Assembly: GCA_049322915.1 (NCBI GenBank)
Contig: JBMOPW010000014.1
Span: 605,527-669,526 of the forward strand
Origin: Candidatus Zhuqueibacterota bacterium
GTDB taxonomy: Bacteria; Zhuqueibacterota; Zhuqueibacteria; Thermofontimicrobiales; Thermofontimicrobiaceae
Length of the DNA stretch: 64,000 nucleotides
Direction of reading: 5' to 3'
Shown here: piece by piece, positions 30,429-38,933 of the stretch
Numbering within the stretch: position 1 is the stretch's first letter
Layout: every line of letters starts with the position of its first letter
The notes under the pieces: generated by a model
What the model saw: the letters and a program-made list of their open reading frames with translations, nothing else
Database searches by the model: none
Told to the model about the DNA's origin: nothing
Made by a program: the position numbers and the translations under genes

Positions 30429-31370
30429 CTACTTCAGTCGAACCATATTGCCGGCTTCAAAGCCGCTGCCGCTACGAACGACGCAACGGGACGCTTTGCC
30501 GTTTCCAACATTATTGTCCGTCACGCCAATTTCACCGATCTTCGTGTCCTCAGATCCCAGGGAAAGCCCTGTATCCGGATCGATGAGTTCTTCGCCCTTC
30601 GAATATATGGCGAAGACATCGCCGACATGGACGCCGGCTTCAGCGCCGGAATTGATGATGACGGTCGTCCCTGTGACTTTGATGATTTTTGCCTGCCAGG
30701 GCATGGATTTCATCTGAGAGTCAATTTTGTCCATGATTTCTTCGACTGCTTTTCGGGTCGCTTTTCCGACAACAGATTCATCGAATTCATTCTGATTTTT
30801 GAAGCCCAATTTATTGGTGTCAATTTTGAGTCCGCGCTTGGTCTCTTCCTTGCGCACATTTTCCGCGGCAATGATTTCGCCGGTCGTTGTATTGGTGAAT
30901 CGAACGTCGATCCCAACCGATGCGGTCGATGATTCCACGCCAAAGCCCAGACCTTTCTGCTTGAGATTGATGCCGGTGTCGCCCTTCTTGTAGCCAAATT
31001 CAGTGACAGCGCCGATGATGGCCAATTCGACGCCCAGCAGCTTGCCAACTTCAGCGGCAGTCTGGGGTGTGACGGCGCCGGTTTGACCCAGATTTTGTTC
31101 CTTCATAATCTGTTCCAGCGCGGTTCGCTCCATCACCCGATATTTGCCGGATTTCACCAGTTCGGTGGTCAGCATGTCAGCCATGCCCTGGCCAACCGGC
31201 TGGCCGGTCCACCAGCGATAATGGTGGTCAGTTTTATCTTCAAATTCGAACACAGCCACTCGTTTCTTCAGACGCTGCATCTGGTCGGCGTCCTGCGAAA
31301 AAACATCGGACTGGATCAACAAGCCGACGCCTATAATCACAACTAATAGCATCATTATTTTTCGAAACAT
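30429..31370 (-). CDS. CsgG/HfaB-family protein with FlgT-C-like tail
   Basis: RVAVFEFE, YRVMER..L..IM.EQ, VGKLLGV, INSGAEAGVHVGD.F...GEELIDPDTG..LG; RBS ggaggt. Confidence 0.88.
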   Translation of the reverse strand: MFRKIMMLLVVIIGVGLLIQSDVFSQDADQMQRLKKRVAVFEFEDKTDHHYRWWTGQPVGQGMADMLTTELVKSGKYRVMERTALEQIMKEQNLGQTGAVTPQTAAEVGKLLGVELAIIGAVTEFGYKKGDTGINLKQKGLGFGVESSTASVGIDVRFTNTTTGEIIAAENVRKEETKRGLKIDTNKLGFKNQNEFDESVVGKATRKAVEEIMDKIDSQMKSMPWQAKIIKVTGTTVIINSGAEAGVHVGDVFAIYSKGEELIDPDTGLSLGSEDTKIGEIGVTDNNVGNGKASRCVVRSGSGFEAGNMVRLK

Positions 31371-31409
31371 GGGTACACCTCCAACTTGATAACGGATCGT
31401 CACGGTTGA

Positions 31410-32621
31410 CTATTCAATTTTATTGGATAATTGTAAGGTTATTTTATTCATGGACAGACCTAAAATTTTGACACTGTATTTTTCCAGATCTTTCTTTTCC
31501 AGTTCGCGGGCCAACTGATTGGCATTCCCGGTAATTTTAATATCCAGTTCAGCCAGATCGCCGGCAACCTTTCGGCTGTAAATGTCTTTCACGCCACGAA
31601 CCATGTATTTGATGGTATTTTTGAATTCATCCAGTTGCGAAAATGATTGAACTCCCTGGACAACAACTTTGACGGTAGTTGCCTGATAAAACTCATCGCG
31701 CCATTTTTTCGTGATTTTATTGATGAGCTCCGTGGCCATTTTGTCCGTCGCTTTTTTAATGGCTTCGGTACCGCCGGTAATCTCGTCAATGTGCGGATAG
31801 GCGGCGTGCTGGCTGCCGGTAGCGATCACCGTGGCTACATCGGCCTTAATCACGCGCGCGGTGACATTTGCCTGACACGATTTCATCCCGCCGAGGTTCA
31901 CCCCGGTCGCGACTTTGGCAATGGCCTTTCCGGTGACAATCACTTCTGCGCCCAGCGTTTTTGCAATGGCAGCAGCCATCTGATTGTTCCCCTGCAAAAT
32001 AGCCAGGGCCTGATCCTGCTCCAGATTTTGCCTGACAGTGGCCGGATCAACGCACTCAAACCCATTTTCGATGAATTTATTGAGCAATGTATTTTCCGAG
32101 ATGGTCATATCGACCGAGAGGAAATGGTAGCGATCGTACGAATGGCCGATATTCTGCTCGTCCATCATGAACATTACGCGGGGGTTGCCCATCCGCGAAA
32201 GCAGATTCTGCACAGATTCCCAATCATTTTTCAGGTTGGACATTTCCAGTTCGGCGTCAACCGTCACTTCGTAGGTGGCCTCGCCGGTCTGCGCCTCCCT
32301 GGCAACAGTGTATTTGCGAACATAGCCATTGGACCAGGTGAGAATATTATCCTCGACAACCATGGCATTCTCGACCAGAGTCGAAGACTGGACAAACGTG
32401 CCCAGGCTCTGTTCCACGGCATTTCGCAGGGCGTCGTCGATGGCCTGGTCGCGAGCGAGCGCTTTATCATTGCCGAAGATAGTGGCCACTCCCTGGCTCG
32501 TCACCATCATGGTCGTTTGCTGGGCAATTCCTGAAATTGAAAACAGAGAAAAAGCCAGAAGAGCGACCAGCGCTCCAGTTATAATTTTAGCTGATTGTTT
32601 CAATTTTTTTCCCTCATTCAT
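31410..32621 (-). CDS. FlgT N-terminal-domain protein
   Basis: G.A......ARDQAIDDALRNAVEQ.LG..V.S.T.VEN motif, followed by TolB-N/CsgG-like and small alpha/beta domains. Confidence 0.75.
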   Translation of the reverse strand: MNEGKKLKQSAKIITGALVALLAFSLFSISGIAQQTTMMVTSQGVATIFGNDKALARDQAIDDALRNAVEQSLGTFVQSSTLVENAMVVEDNILTWSNGYVRKYTVAREAQTGEATYEVTVDAELEMSNLKNDWESVQNLLSRMGNPRVMFMMDEQNIGHSYDRYHFLSVDMTISENTLLNKFIENGFECVDPATVRQNLEQDQALAILQGNNQMAAAIAKTLGAEVIVTGKAIAKVATGVNLGGMKSCQANVTARVIKADVATVIATGSQHAAYPHIDEITGGTEAIKKATDKMATELINKITKKWRDEFYQATTVKVVVQGVQSFSQLDEFKNTIKYMVRGVKDIYSRKVAGDLAELDIKITGNANQLARELEKKDLEKYSVKILGLSMNKITLQLSNKIE

Positions 32622-32844
32622 TTTAATTCAATGTATTGACTGAAGCAAAACCCAATTTACAGGGAAAGAGCAACTGCACGTGAGTTGCGACATGCAGCGG
32701 TTGGAGAGGACGAAAAAAAACGGGTTCGAGGACCCGTCTGACCCGTTTGTACCGTTGAGCGTTCAATAATTTTGAAGAATAAGAATTCAATCGGGTTTTA
32801 CTGGCCCCCCTCATCCAGTGTGTCGCTATGTCATTTTAAAATAT

Positions 32845-32877
32845 AAAAAAGAAGGACCGGGCAATCCCCGGTCCTTC
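32845..32877 (-). terminator. Intra-operon terminator-like hairpin
   Basis: gaaggaccggggattgcccggtccttc followed by a T-run on the minus strand. Confidence 0.65.
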
Positions 32878-32886
32878 AAAATTCGA

Positions 32887-34056
32887 TTAAAAGGTGATCC
32901 TCAAAGCGTTCTGGAAATCGCGAATCGCCAGGAGGGCATCCGCGCCGGACATGGTATCATTCAGTTTGAATGCGCCTGAAATCTTGTCCGCCTTCATGAT
33001 GCCACGATCTACCATGAGCGCCATGGCATTGTAAGCGAAGTGAGTACCGGACACATCCGGGAAACGAGATTGTTCACCGATATATTTGGTAGCCAGATCT
33101 TCATCGCCAGTGACGACGATCATGATGCCCTGCATCACCTGAGCGTAGTTGGCGCGAGTGATGGACTGATCCGGTTTGAAGGTGTGATCCGGATAAGGCT
33201 CTAACCCGGCAACTTCTGCGGCGAGAATTTCTTTAACCCAATTTTCAGCCCAGTGACCCTGGATATCCGTTGCAGCCGCCATTTGCGTCACTTTGGTTGC
33301 TTCCATTTTGGTTGGATCATCCGGGGCGCGGAAGCCTGTGTCGTAGGTTTTGGGGCGCTTTTTCTCAATGAGCGTCATGAGCTTCAACTCTTCCATGAGC
33401 AGCACAGCCAGATCAGCCCTATCGATTTGCGGGATGAGCGCAATCTTCGCGCCGACTTTGGTGCCGGGTTTGGCGCGTTCGATTTTTTGCACCAGTTCCC
33501 ATTCGTTATTTGCTTCTTCGGAATAGGGGCCTTTCAACTCGACAACCTTCCGAAATGCATCGACTGCTTTGCCAAAGTCAAAACCTTCTTTGTAGGTAAT
33601 GCCCAGGTAATACCAGGCTTTGCTGCTGTTGGGATCGATTTTAATGGCGCGCTCAAATGATCGCGCTGCCTTTTCCACCCAGTCTTCGCCTTTCCGCTCC
33701 ATGGTAATGACGCGCCCTTTGATAATGTGGGCGTCAATAGATTTATCATTTTTGCTGATGCCTTTGTCGGCAAATTCATAGGCCTTTGCAAAATCTCCCT
33801 GCTTGGCATAGACCAGGGCCATGCCGGAGAAGGCCAATCCGAATTCCGGATTAAGGGCTTTGGCGCGATTGAATTCGTTGAAGGCAGCGGTCATGTCGCC
33901 GCGATCAAAAAGCCTCATGCCCTGATTGAAATGGTTTTCCGGTGTATCCAGAACCGATTCTTCTTTAATCGCTTTGGTGCCGCAGCCGACGACGGTCAGC
34001 ATAAACAGCGCCAGCACGAGTGCACCAAAAATACGAAACTTATATTTCATCATCAC
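32887..34056 (-). CDS. TPR-repeat lipoprotein with C-terminal SLH domains
   Basis: Lipobox VVGC, several TPRs, TDIQGHWAE...YPDHTFKPDQSITRA and FPDV...H.AY SLH motifs. Confidence 0.85.
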   Translation of the reverse strand: MMMKYKFRIFGALVLALFMLTVVGCGTKAIKEESVLDTPENHFNQGMRLFDRGDMTAAFNEFNRAKALNPEFGLAFSGMALVYAKQGDFAKAYEFADKGISKNDKSIDAHIIKGRVITMERKGEDWVEKAARSFERAIKIDPNSSKAWYYLGITYKEGFDFGKAVDAFRKVVELKGPYSEEANNEWELVQKIERAKPGTKVGAKIALIPQIDRADLAVLLMEELKLMTLIEKKRPKTYDTGFRAPDDPTKMEATKVTQMAAATDIQGHWAENWVKEILAAEVAGLEPYPDHTFKPDQSITRANYAQVMQGIMIVVTGDEDLATKYIGEQSRFPDVSGTHFAYNAMALMVDRGIMKADKISGAFKLNDTMSGADALLAIRDFQNALRITF

Positions 34057-34111
34057 AGATCTCCTTTTTCATGTGATTTTACAGAAGTCAGATTATTTGA
34101 CTATTCCCGGA

Positions 34112-35023
34112 TTAATTCAAAATGAACATCACTTTGCACTTATCCAGAAAATTTTGATTGGCCGCAGCCTGATGAATCATGGAAGCGTCGGCAGCAGAGA
34201 TGACAACATCTGTTTTATTGGCGCCGCTGGCGCGCAACGCTTTGACAACAAGCGGATTGTTGGTTACGCGGTCATTTTGCCTGGCTCGCATTAAGTCTTT
34301 ATCATAACCAACCATGCCAATCTCAACGGCCCATTCGCGACTTACGAATTTTGAACCATAAATCTCATTGCCCGCTTCATCGACAATTTTCGGGGCCATT
34401 GCCGGTCGGATGCCCAAACCCTTGCAGTCGATGATCAGGCCTGTGTACGTCCCTCCGGACATGGCAGGCTCTGTTCCACCGCTCTGCTGTAAGTTAACGC
34501 CGCCAGGAACCGGTTTACCATGCGGCCAGGGCTGACCGCAGGTGGGACACACCATCTGGCCGCCAGTCATAAATTGACCGCCGCCAAACTGGCCGGGCAG
34601 CAATGCATCCAAAACCTGTCCGGTCAAGGGGACTTCGACAACCACTTCCACTGAGCCATCGGATAAATAGCGGGGGCCTTCGACTTCTTTGAAATTGCGC
34701 AGGGTTCCCTCGACTTTCACTTTGATGAAGTCGCTTTCAACCATGGAGTTTTGAACCGTGGTTTCTGAATTGAGGTAAACGCCCTTGATGGTCTCAATGA
34801 GATTTCTCCATGCATCGGCTTTTGCCGCGCGAATGGCATTGGCTCGCTGAGCAGCCGGCGGAAGATTTGGTGGGGGAGCACCAATGCCGGTGGCGCGAAT
34901 CGTTTGAGTCGACCAGTTGACCGATTGATTATCTCCGACGCTTTGCACGTACTGAGCCTGTGCCAGAAACGCAACGCTCAGGACCAGCGCGAGAGTTATT
35001 CCAATAATACGTGAACCTTTCAT
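34112..35023 (-). CDS. LPP20/FlgP-like exported protein
   Basis: VNW....I.A.G.G, A.RAAKADA.RNL.E.IKGV, YTGLIID..G....PAM.P.I. Confidence 0.75.
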   Translation of the reverse strand: MKGSRIIGITLALVLSVAFLAQAQYVQSVGDNQSVNWSTQTIRATGIGAPPPNLPPAAQRANAIRAAKADAWRNLIETIKGVYLNSETTVQNSMVESDFIKVKVEGTLRNFKEVEGPRYLSDGSVEVVVEVPLTGQVLDALLPGQFGGGQFMTGGQMVCPTCGQPWPHGKPVPGGVNLQQSGGTEPAMSGGTYTGLIIDCKGLGIRPAMAPKIVDEAGNEIYGSKFVSREWAVEIGMVGYDKDLMRARQNDRVTNNPLVVKALRASGANKTDVVISAADASMIHQAAANQNFLDKCKVMFILN

Positions 35024-35204
35024 GTTAGGCTCCTTGTTTTTCGTTAAAAAGTTTTTGTGCTACAATCTCTGACAATTAATCGTTTACTTTGTTAATTTTA
35101 CTTTTTTCCCCCTGGCTAAAAAAATCATCTCGATTGTCGGAAACAAATTTATAAGAATTGTAATATTGAACAGTGACTCTAGTCACATGGATAGAAAAAA
35201 AAAG

Positions 35205-35277
35205 AGCGAATGACGGGGGTCGAACCCGCGACAACTGGCTTGGGAAGCCAGCGCTCTACCAACTGAGCTACATTCGC
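35205..35277 (-). tRNA. tRNA-Gly(CCC)
   Basis: gcgaatgtagctcagttggtagagcgctggcttCCCaagccagttgtcgcgggttcgacccccgtcattcgct folds as a cloverleaf; CCA not encoded. Confidence 0.96.
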
Positions 35278-35764
35278 CTTTGCAAATCATAAAGTTATCT
35301 GACATATTAACGTAGTATAAATTAAGCTTTTTTTGTTCAAAGTCAAGCAAAATTTTTATCCGTTAAATTAATTTAATCATTGATTCAATATGTTTTACTG
35401 AACAAAATTCAGATAGTTATTTGATGCAACATGAAATGTTTTCCTGACTTCTGACGAGCCGATTCAGTCAGCTCTCACTTGCGATGATGTAATTCAGCGC
35501 CGATGGTTTCTCTCCGCTGTGTTTCAGCCTAACCGGATCGGGCTAACTTTTCACGACAGAACTGACCATGAAGCTATGCCATTGCCAGTTCGGCGGCGTT
35601 GATTCGCCTGTCATGAAACGCCGGCTGCATTGTCATCGTGTCAAGCGCGGCTGACAGATTTGCATCGCGGATGGGTCACGATTTGGCGCGCCAGGTATGA
35701 ATCGGAGAGCTTAACTGCTTAACTTTAAATGGCTAATCATCTCCAAATGCCGCGGCGGCCGGCT

Positions 35765-35781
35765 CTGGCATATTGTTTGCC
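35765..35781 (+). promoter_or_regulatory. Sigma-54 (-24/-12) promoter-like site upstream of clpB
   Basis: CTGGCATATTGTTTGCC has GG-N10-GC spacing, about 50 nt before the ATG. Confidence 0.55.
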
Positions 35782-35829
35782 ATCGTAAGAGTTTGTGTTA
35801 TCATTAAAATAGAAAAGGAGAAGCCAAAG

Positions 35830-38463
35830 ATGACATTTGAAAAATTTACAATAAAAGCTCAGGAAACAGTCCGACAGGCGCAGCAATTGGCCGAGCAAAA
35901 TAATCATCAGCAGATTGAGTTGGAACATCTGATAAAGGCGTTGCTGGATGATGGCGAAGGTGTGCCTCAGATCGTGCTCAAAAAGATCGGCGTCAATGTC
36001 GCCAGCGTACAGAATATGATCCAGGATGCCATTCAGCGATTGCCGCGCGTGTCAGGCGCCGGCGCGATAGGCAATGTGTACATTTCAGCGAGAGTGAATG
36101 CGGTATTCAATGCTGCAATGAATGAAATGCGCCAGTTGAAGGATGAGTTCATCAGCACCGAACATTTGCTTCTGGCAATTCTGAATGAAAAAGGGAATCC
36201 TCTGGTGGATTTTCTGAAAAAGCAGGGATTGACCAAAGAGGCCATTTACGATGTGCTGAAAGAAGTGCGTGGCACGCAGCGAATCACCGATCAGAATCCG
36301 GAGGACAAATACCAGGCGCTGCAGCGGTTCGGCAAAGACCTGACGGAACTGGCGCGACAGGAAAAGCTGGACCCGGTCATCGGCCGGGATGATGAAATCC
36401 GACGCTCCATTCAGGTGCTATCGCGTCGGACAAAGAACAATCCGGTGCTGGTCGGCGATCCAGGCGTTGGCAAAACCGCTATCATCGAAGGCATTGCCCA
36501 GCGAATTGCCCACGAAGATGTGCCGGATGGATTGAAAAACAAGCAGGTGATTCAGTTGGATCTGGGCGCCTTGATCGCCGGAGCAAAGTATCGCGGAGAG
36601 TTCGAAGACCGGCTCAAGGCGGTGCTCAAAGAAATCCAGGAATCCGATGGGAAAATTATTCTCTTTATCGATGAATTGCATACGATCGTCGGCGCCGGAG
36701 CCGCTGAAGGCGCTGTGGATGCCGGCAATATGCTCAAGCCTATGCTTGCGCGCGGCGAGCTACGGTTGATTGGCGCCACCACACTGGATGAGTACCGAAA
36801 ATATATTGAGAAAGATAAAGCGCTGGAGCGACGATTTCAGCCGGTTATGGTCGAAGAACCGTCGGTTGAAGATACCATTTCGATTCTGCGCGGATTGAAA
36901 GAGCGGTACGAAGTCCATCACGGCGTGCGAATTTCGGATGCCGCCATTGTGAGCGCGGCCATGCTTTCGCATCGCTATATCAGCGAGCGGTTTTTGCCGG
37001 ACAAAGCCATTGACCTGATGGATGAAGCTGCGGCAAAGCTGCGCACTGAAATTGATTCCATGCCGGAAGAGATCGACGAGGTTGAGCGAAGGATCAAACA
37101 ATTGGAAATTGAACAGGTCGCGCTGAAAAAAGAGAAAGATGCTGTATCCAAAGATCGCCTGACTCTGTTGCGCGAGGAATTGGCCAATCTGAAAGAGCGG
37201 AGCGACCAGCTCAAAGTCAAATGGCAGACTGAGAAGGAGCGCATTTCAGCCATCCGGACGACCAAGGAGGAGATCGAGCGGGTTCGCATCGAGGCTGAAA
37301 AAAGCGAGCGGGAAGGCGATTACAACCGCGCGGCTGAATTGAAATATGGGCGCATGAACAAGCTCAATGCAGACCTGGAAAAACTGAACGCGGAATTGAA
37401 AGCCATTCAGGAAAATGGCTCGCTGCTGAAGGAAGAAGTCGGCGAGGACGATATCGCTGAAATTGTGTCCCGCTGGACCGGCATTCCGGTCAGTAAAATG
37501 CTGGAGACCGAGAAACAGAAGATTTTAAAAATGGCCGATCGCCTCAGAGAGCGCGTGGTTGGACAGGATGAAGCGATTGAAGCGGTGTCCTTTGCAGTGC
37601 GGCGTGCCCGCGCCGGCATGGGCGAAGAGGGACGGCCAATTGGCTCGTTTATTTTTCTGGGCCCCACCGGCGTCGGCAAGACTGAACTGGCCAGGACTGT
37701 GGCGGAATTCATGTTCGATGACGAAGACGCCATTGTCCGGATCGACATGTCGGAATACATGGAACAATTCAGCGTTTCCAGGCTCATCGGCGCTCCGCCG
37801 GGCTATGTGGGATACGACGAGGGCGGCCAGTTGACCGAAGCGGTCCGGCGGCATCCCTACTCCGTCATTCTGCTGGATGAAATCGAAAAAGCCCATCCGG
37901 ATGTGTTCAATATTCTGCTCCAGGTGCTGGATGATGGTCGCTTGACCGACAGCAAAGGCCATATTGTGAACTTCAAAAATACGATCATCATCATGACATC
38001 CAATCTGGGCGCTGACCGAATTCTGGAGCAATTTCAATCGATGACTTCGGATAACGGCGGCCGGATCTATTCGCAGATCAAGCAGGAAGTGCTGGCGCTG
38101 TTGAAAAAGCGATTACGGCCGGAATTCATGAATCGCATCGATGAGGTCATTGTTTTTCATCCGCTGACGAAAGAGAATATTCGCTCGATTGTGGATATCC
38201 TGTTCGAGCGCCATGTCCGCAGCGCGCTGGTCAAGCAGGGAATGGACGCCACGTTGACGGACAGCGCCAAAGATTATCTCACCCGCGCCGGCTATGATCC
38301 GGGATTCGGAGCGCGGCCTCTGAAACGACTGATGCAGCGGGAACTGGTGAATGAAATTTCAACCCACATTCTGGAAGGCGCTTTTCAAAAAGGAGACCGA
38401 TTTGAAATTGATGTCGTGAATGAGGCATTGACCATGAAAAAAATTAGCCAAGGAGAAAATTGA
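35830..38463 (+). CDS. clpB: ATP-dependent chaperone ClpB
   Basis: Clp-N domain, two AAA+ modules ([16 protein letters not shown]), long M-domain coiled coil; RBS aaggag before ATG 35830. Confidence 0.96.
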   Translation: MTFEKFTIKAQETVRQAQQLAEQNNHQQIELEHLIKALLDDGEGVPQIVLKKIGVNVASVQNMIQDAIQRLPRVSGAGAIGNVYISARVNAVFNAAMNEMRQLKDEFISTEHLLLAILNEKGNPLVDFLKKQGLTKEAIYDVLKEVRGTQRITDQNPEDKYQALQRFGKDLTELARQEKLDPVIGRDDEIRRSIQVLSRRTKNNPVLVGDPGVGKTAIIEGIAQRIAHEDVPDGLKNKQVIQLDLGALIAGAKYRGEFEDRLKAVLKEIQESDGKIILFIDELHTIVGAGAAEGAVDAGNMLKPMLARGELRLIGATTLDEYRKYIEKDKALERRFQPVMVEEPSVEDTISILRGLKERYEVHHGVRISDAAIVSAAMLSHRYISERFLPDKAIDLMDEAAAKLRTEIDSMPEEIDEVERRIKQLEIEQVALKKEKDAVSKDRLTLLREELANLKERSDQLKVKWQTEKERISAIRTTKEEIERVRIEAEKSEREGDYNRAAELKYGRMNKLNADLEKLNAELKAIQENGSLLKEEVGEDDIAEIVSRWTGIPVSKMLETEKQKILKMADRLRERVVGQDEAIEAVSFAVRRARAGMGEEGRPIGSFIFLGPTGVGKTELARTVAEFMFDDEDAIVRIDMSEYMEQFSVSRLIGAPPGYVGYDEGGQLTEAVRRHPYSVILLDEIEKAHPDVFNILLQVLDDGRLTDSKGHIVNFKNTIIIMTSNLGADRILEQFQSMTSDNGGRIYSQIKQEVLALLKKRLRPEFMNRIDEVIVFHPLTKENIRSIVDILFERHVRSALVKQGMDATLTDSAKDYLTRAGYDPGFGARPLKRLMQRELVNEISTHILEGAFQKGDRFEIDVVNEALTMKKISQGEN

Positions 38464-38787
38464 GTGAAGCACGCATTGCCGAAATCGTTTGATGAATTGA
38501 TTCAACACGCTGAACTGCCGATCGTCGTTGATTTTTGGGCGCCCTGGTGCGGACCGTGCAAAATGGTTTCGCCTGCGCTGGAGCGACTTGCCCGGGAATT
38601 CAAAGGCAAACTGACGGTAATCAAAATCAACACCGATGAAAAGCCGCACATCGCCGGCCGCTACCAGATTCAGGGAATTCCCACAATTATGATGTTTCGC
38701 AATGGGAATCCGGTCATGCGGCTCGTCGGCGCATTGCCTTACGAGTCGATCAAAAAAGAAGTGGAAAAGAATCTGTATGCCAACTGA
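38464..38787 (+). CDS. trxA: Thioredoxin
   Basis: DFWAPWCGPC, GIPT. Confidence 0.95.
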   Translation: MKHALPKSFDELIQHAELPIVVDFWAPWCGPCKMVSPALERLAREFKGKLTVIKINTDEKPHIAGRYQIQGIPTIMMFRNGNPVMRLVGALPYESIKKEVEKNLYAN

Positions 38788-38933
38788 TTGGGAGATGAAT
38801 TTTTTGGCGCGAGTTCGAATCAGCCCGGTCAGTAAAGAAAGATAGGGGTGACGTGGTGTTGGGTAAAACGGATCAGACACAGATTGCTCTGTGTCTGATC
38901 GTTATTTTTACTCGTTTATATTTCGCGAATCAG

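Noticed and set aside
29274..31370. Curli biogenesis locus
   Set aside because: No csgA/B repeat proteins or csgE/F in the window.
28499..35277. Genomic island integrated at tRNA-Gly
   Set aside because: No integrase, no duplicated tRNA 3' end seen, and composition similar to core genes.
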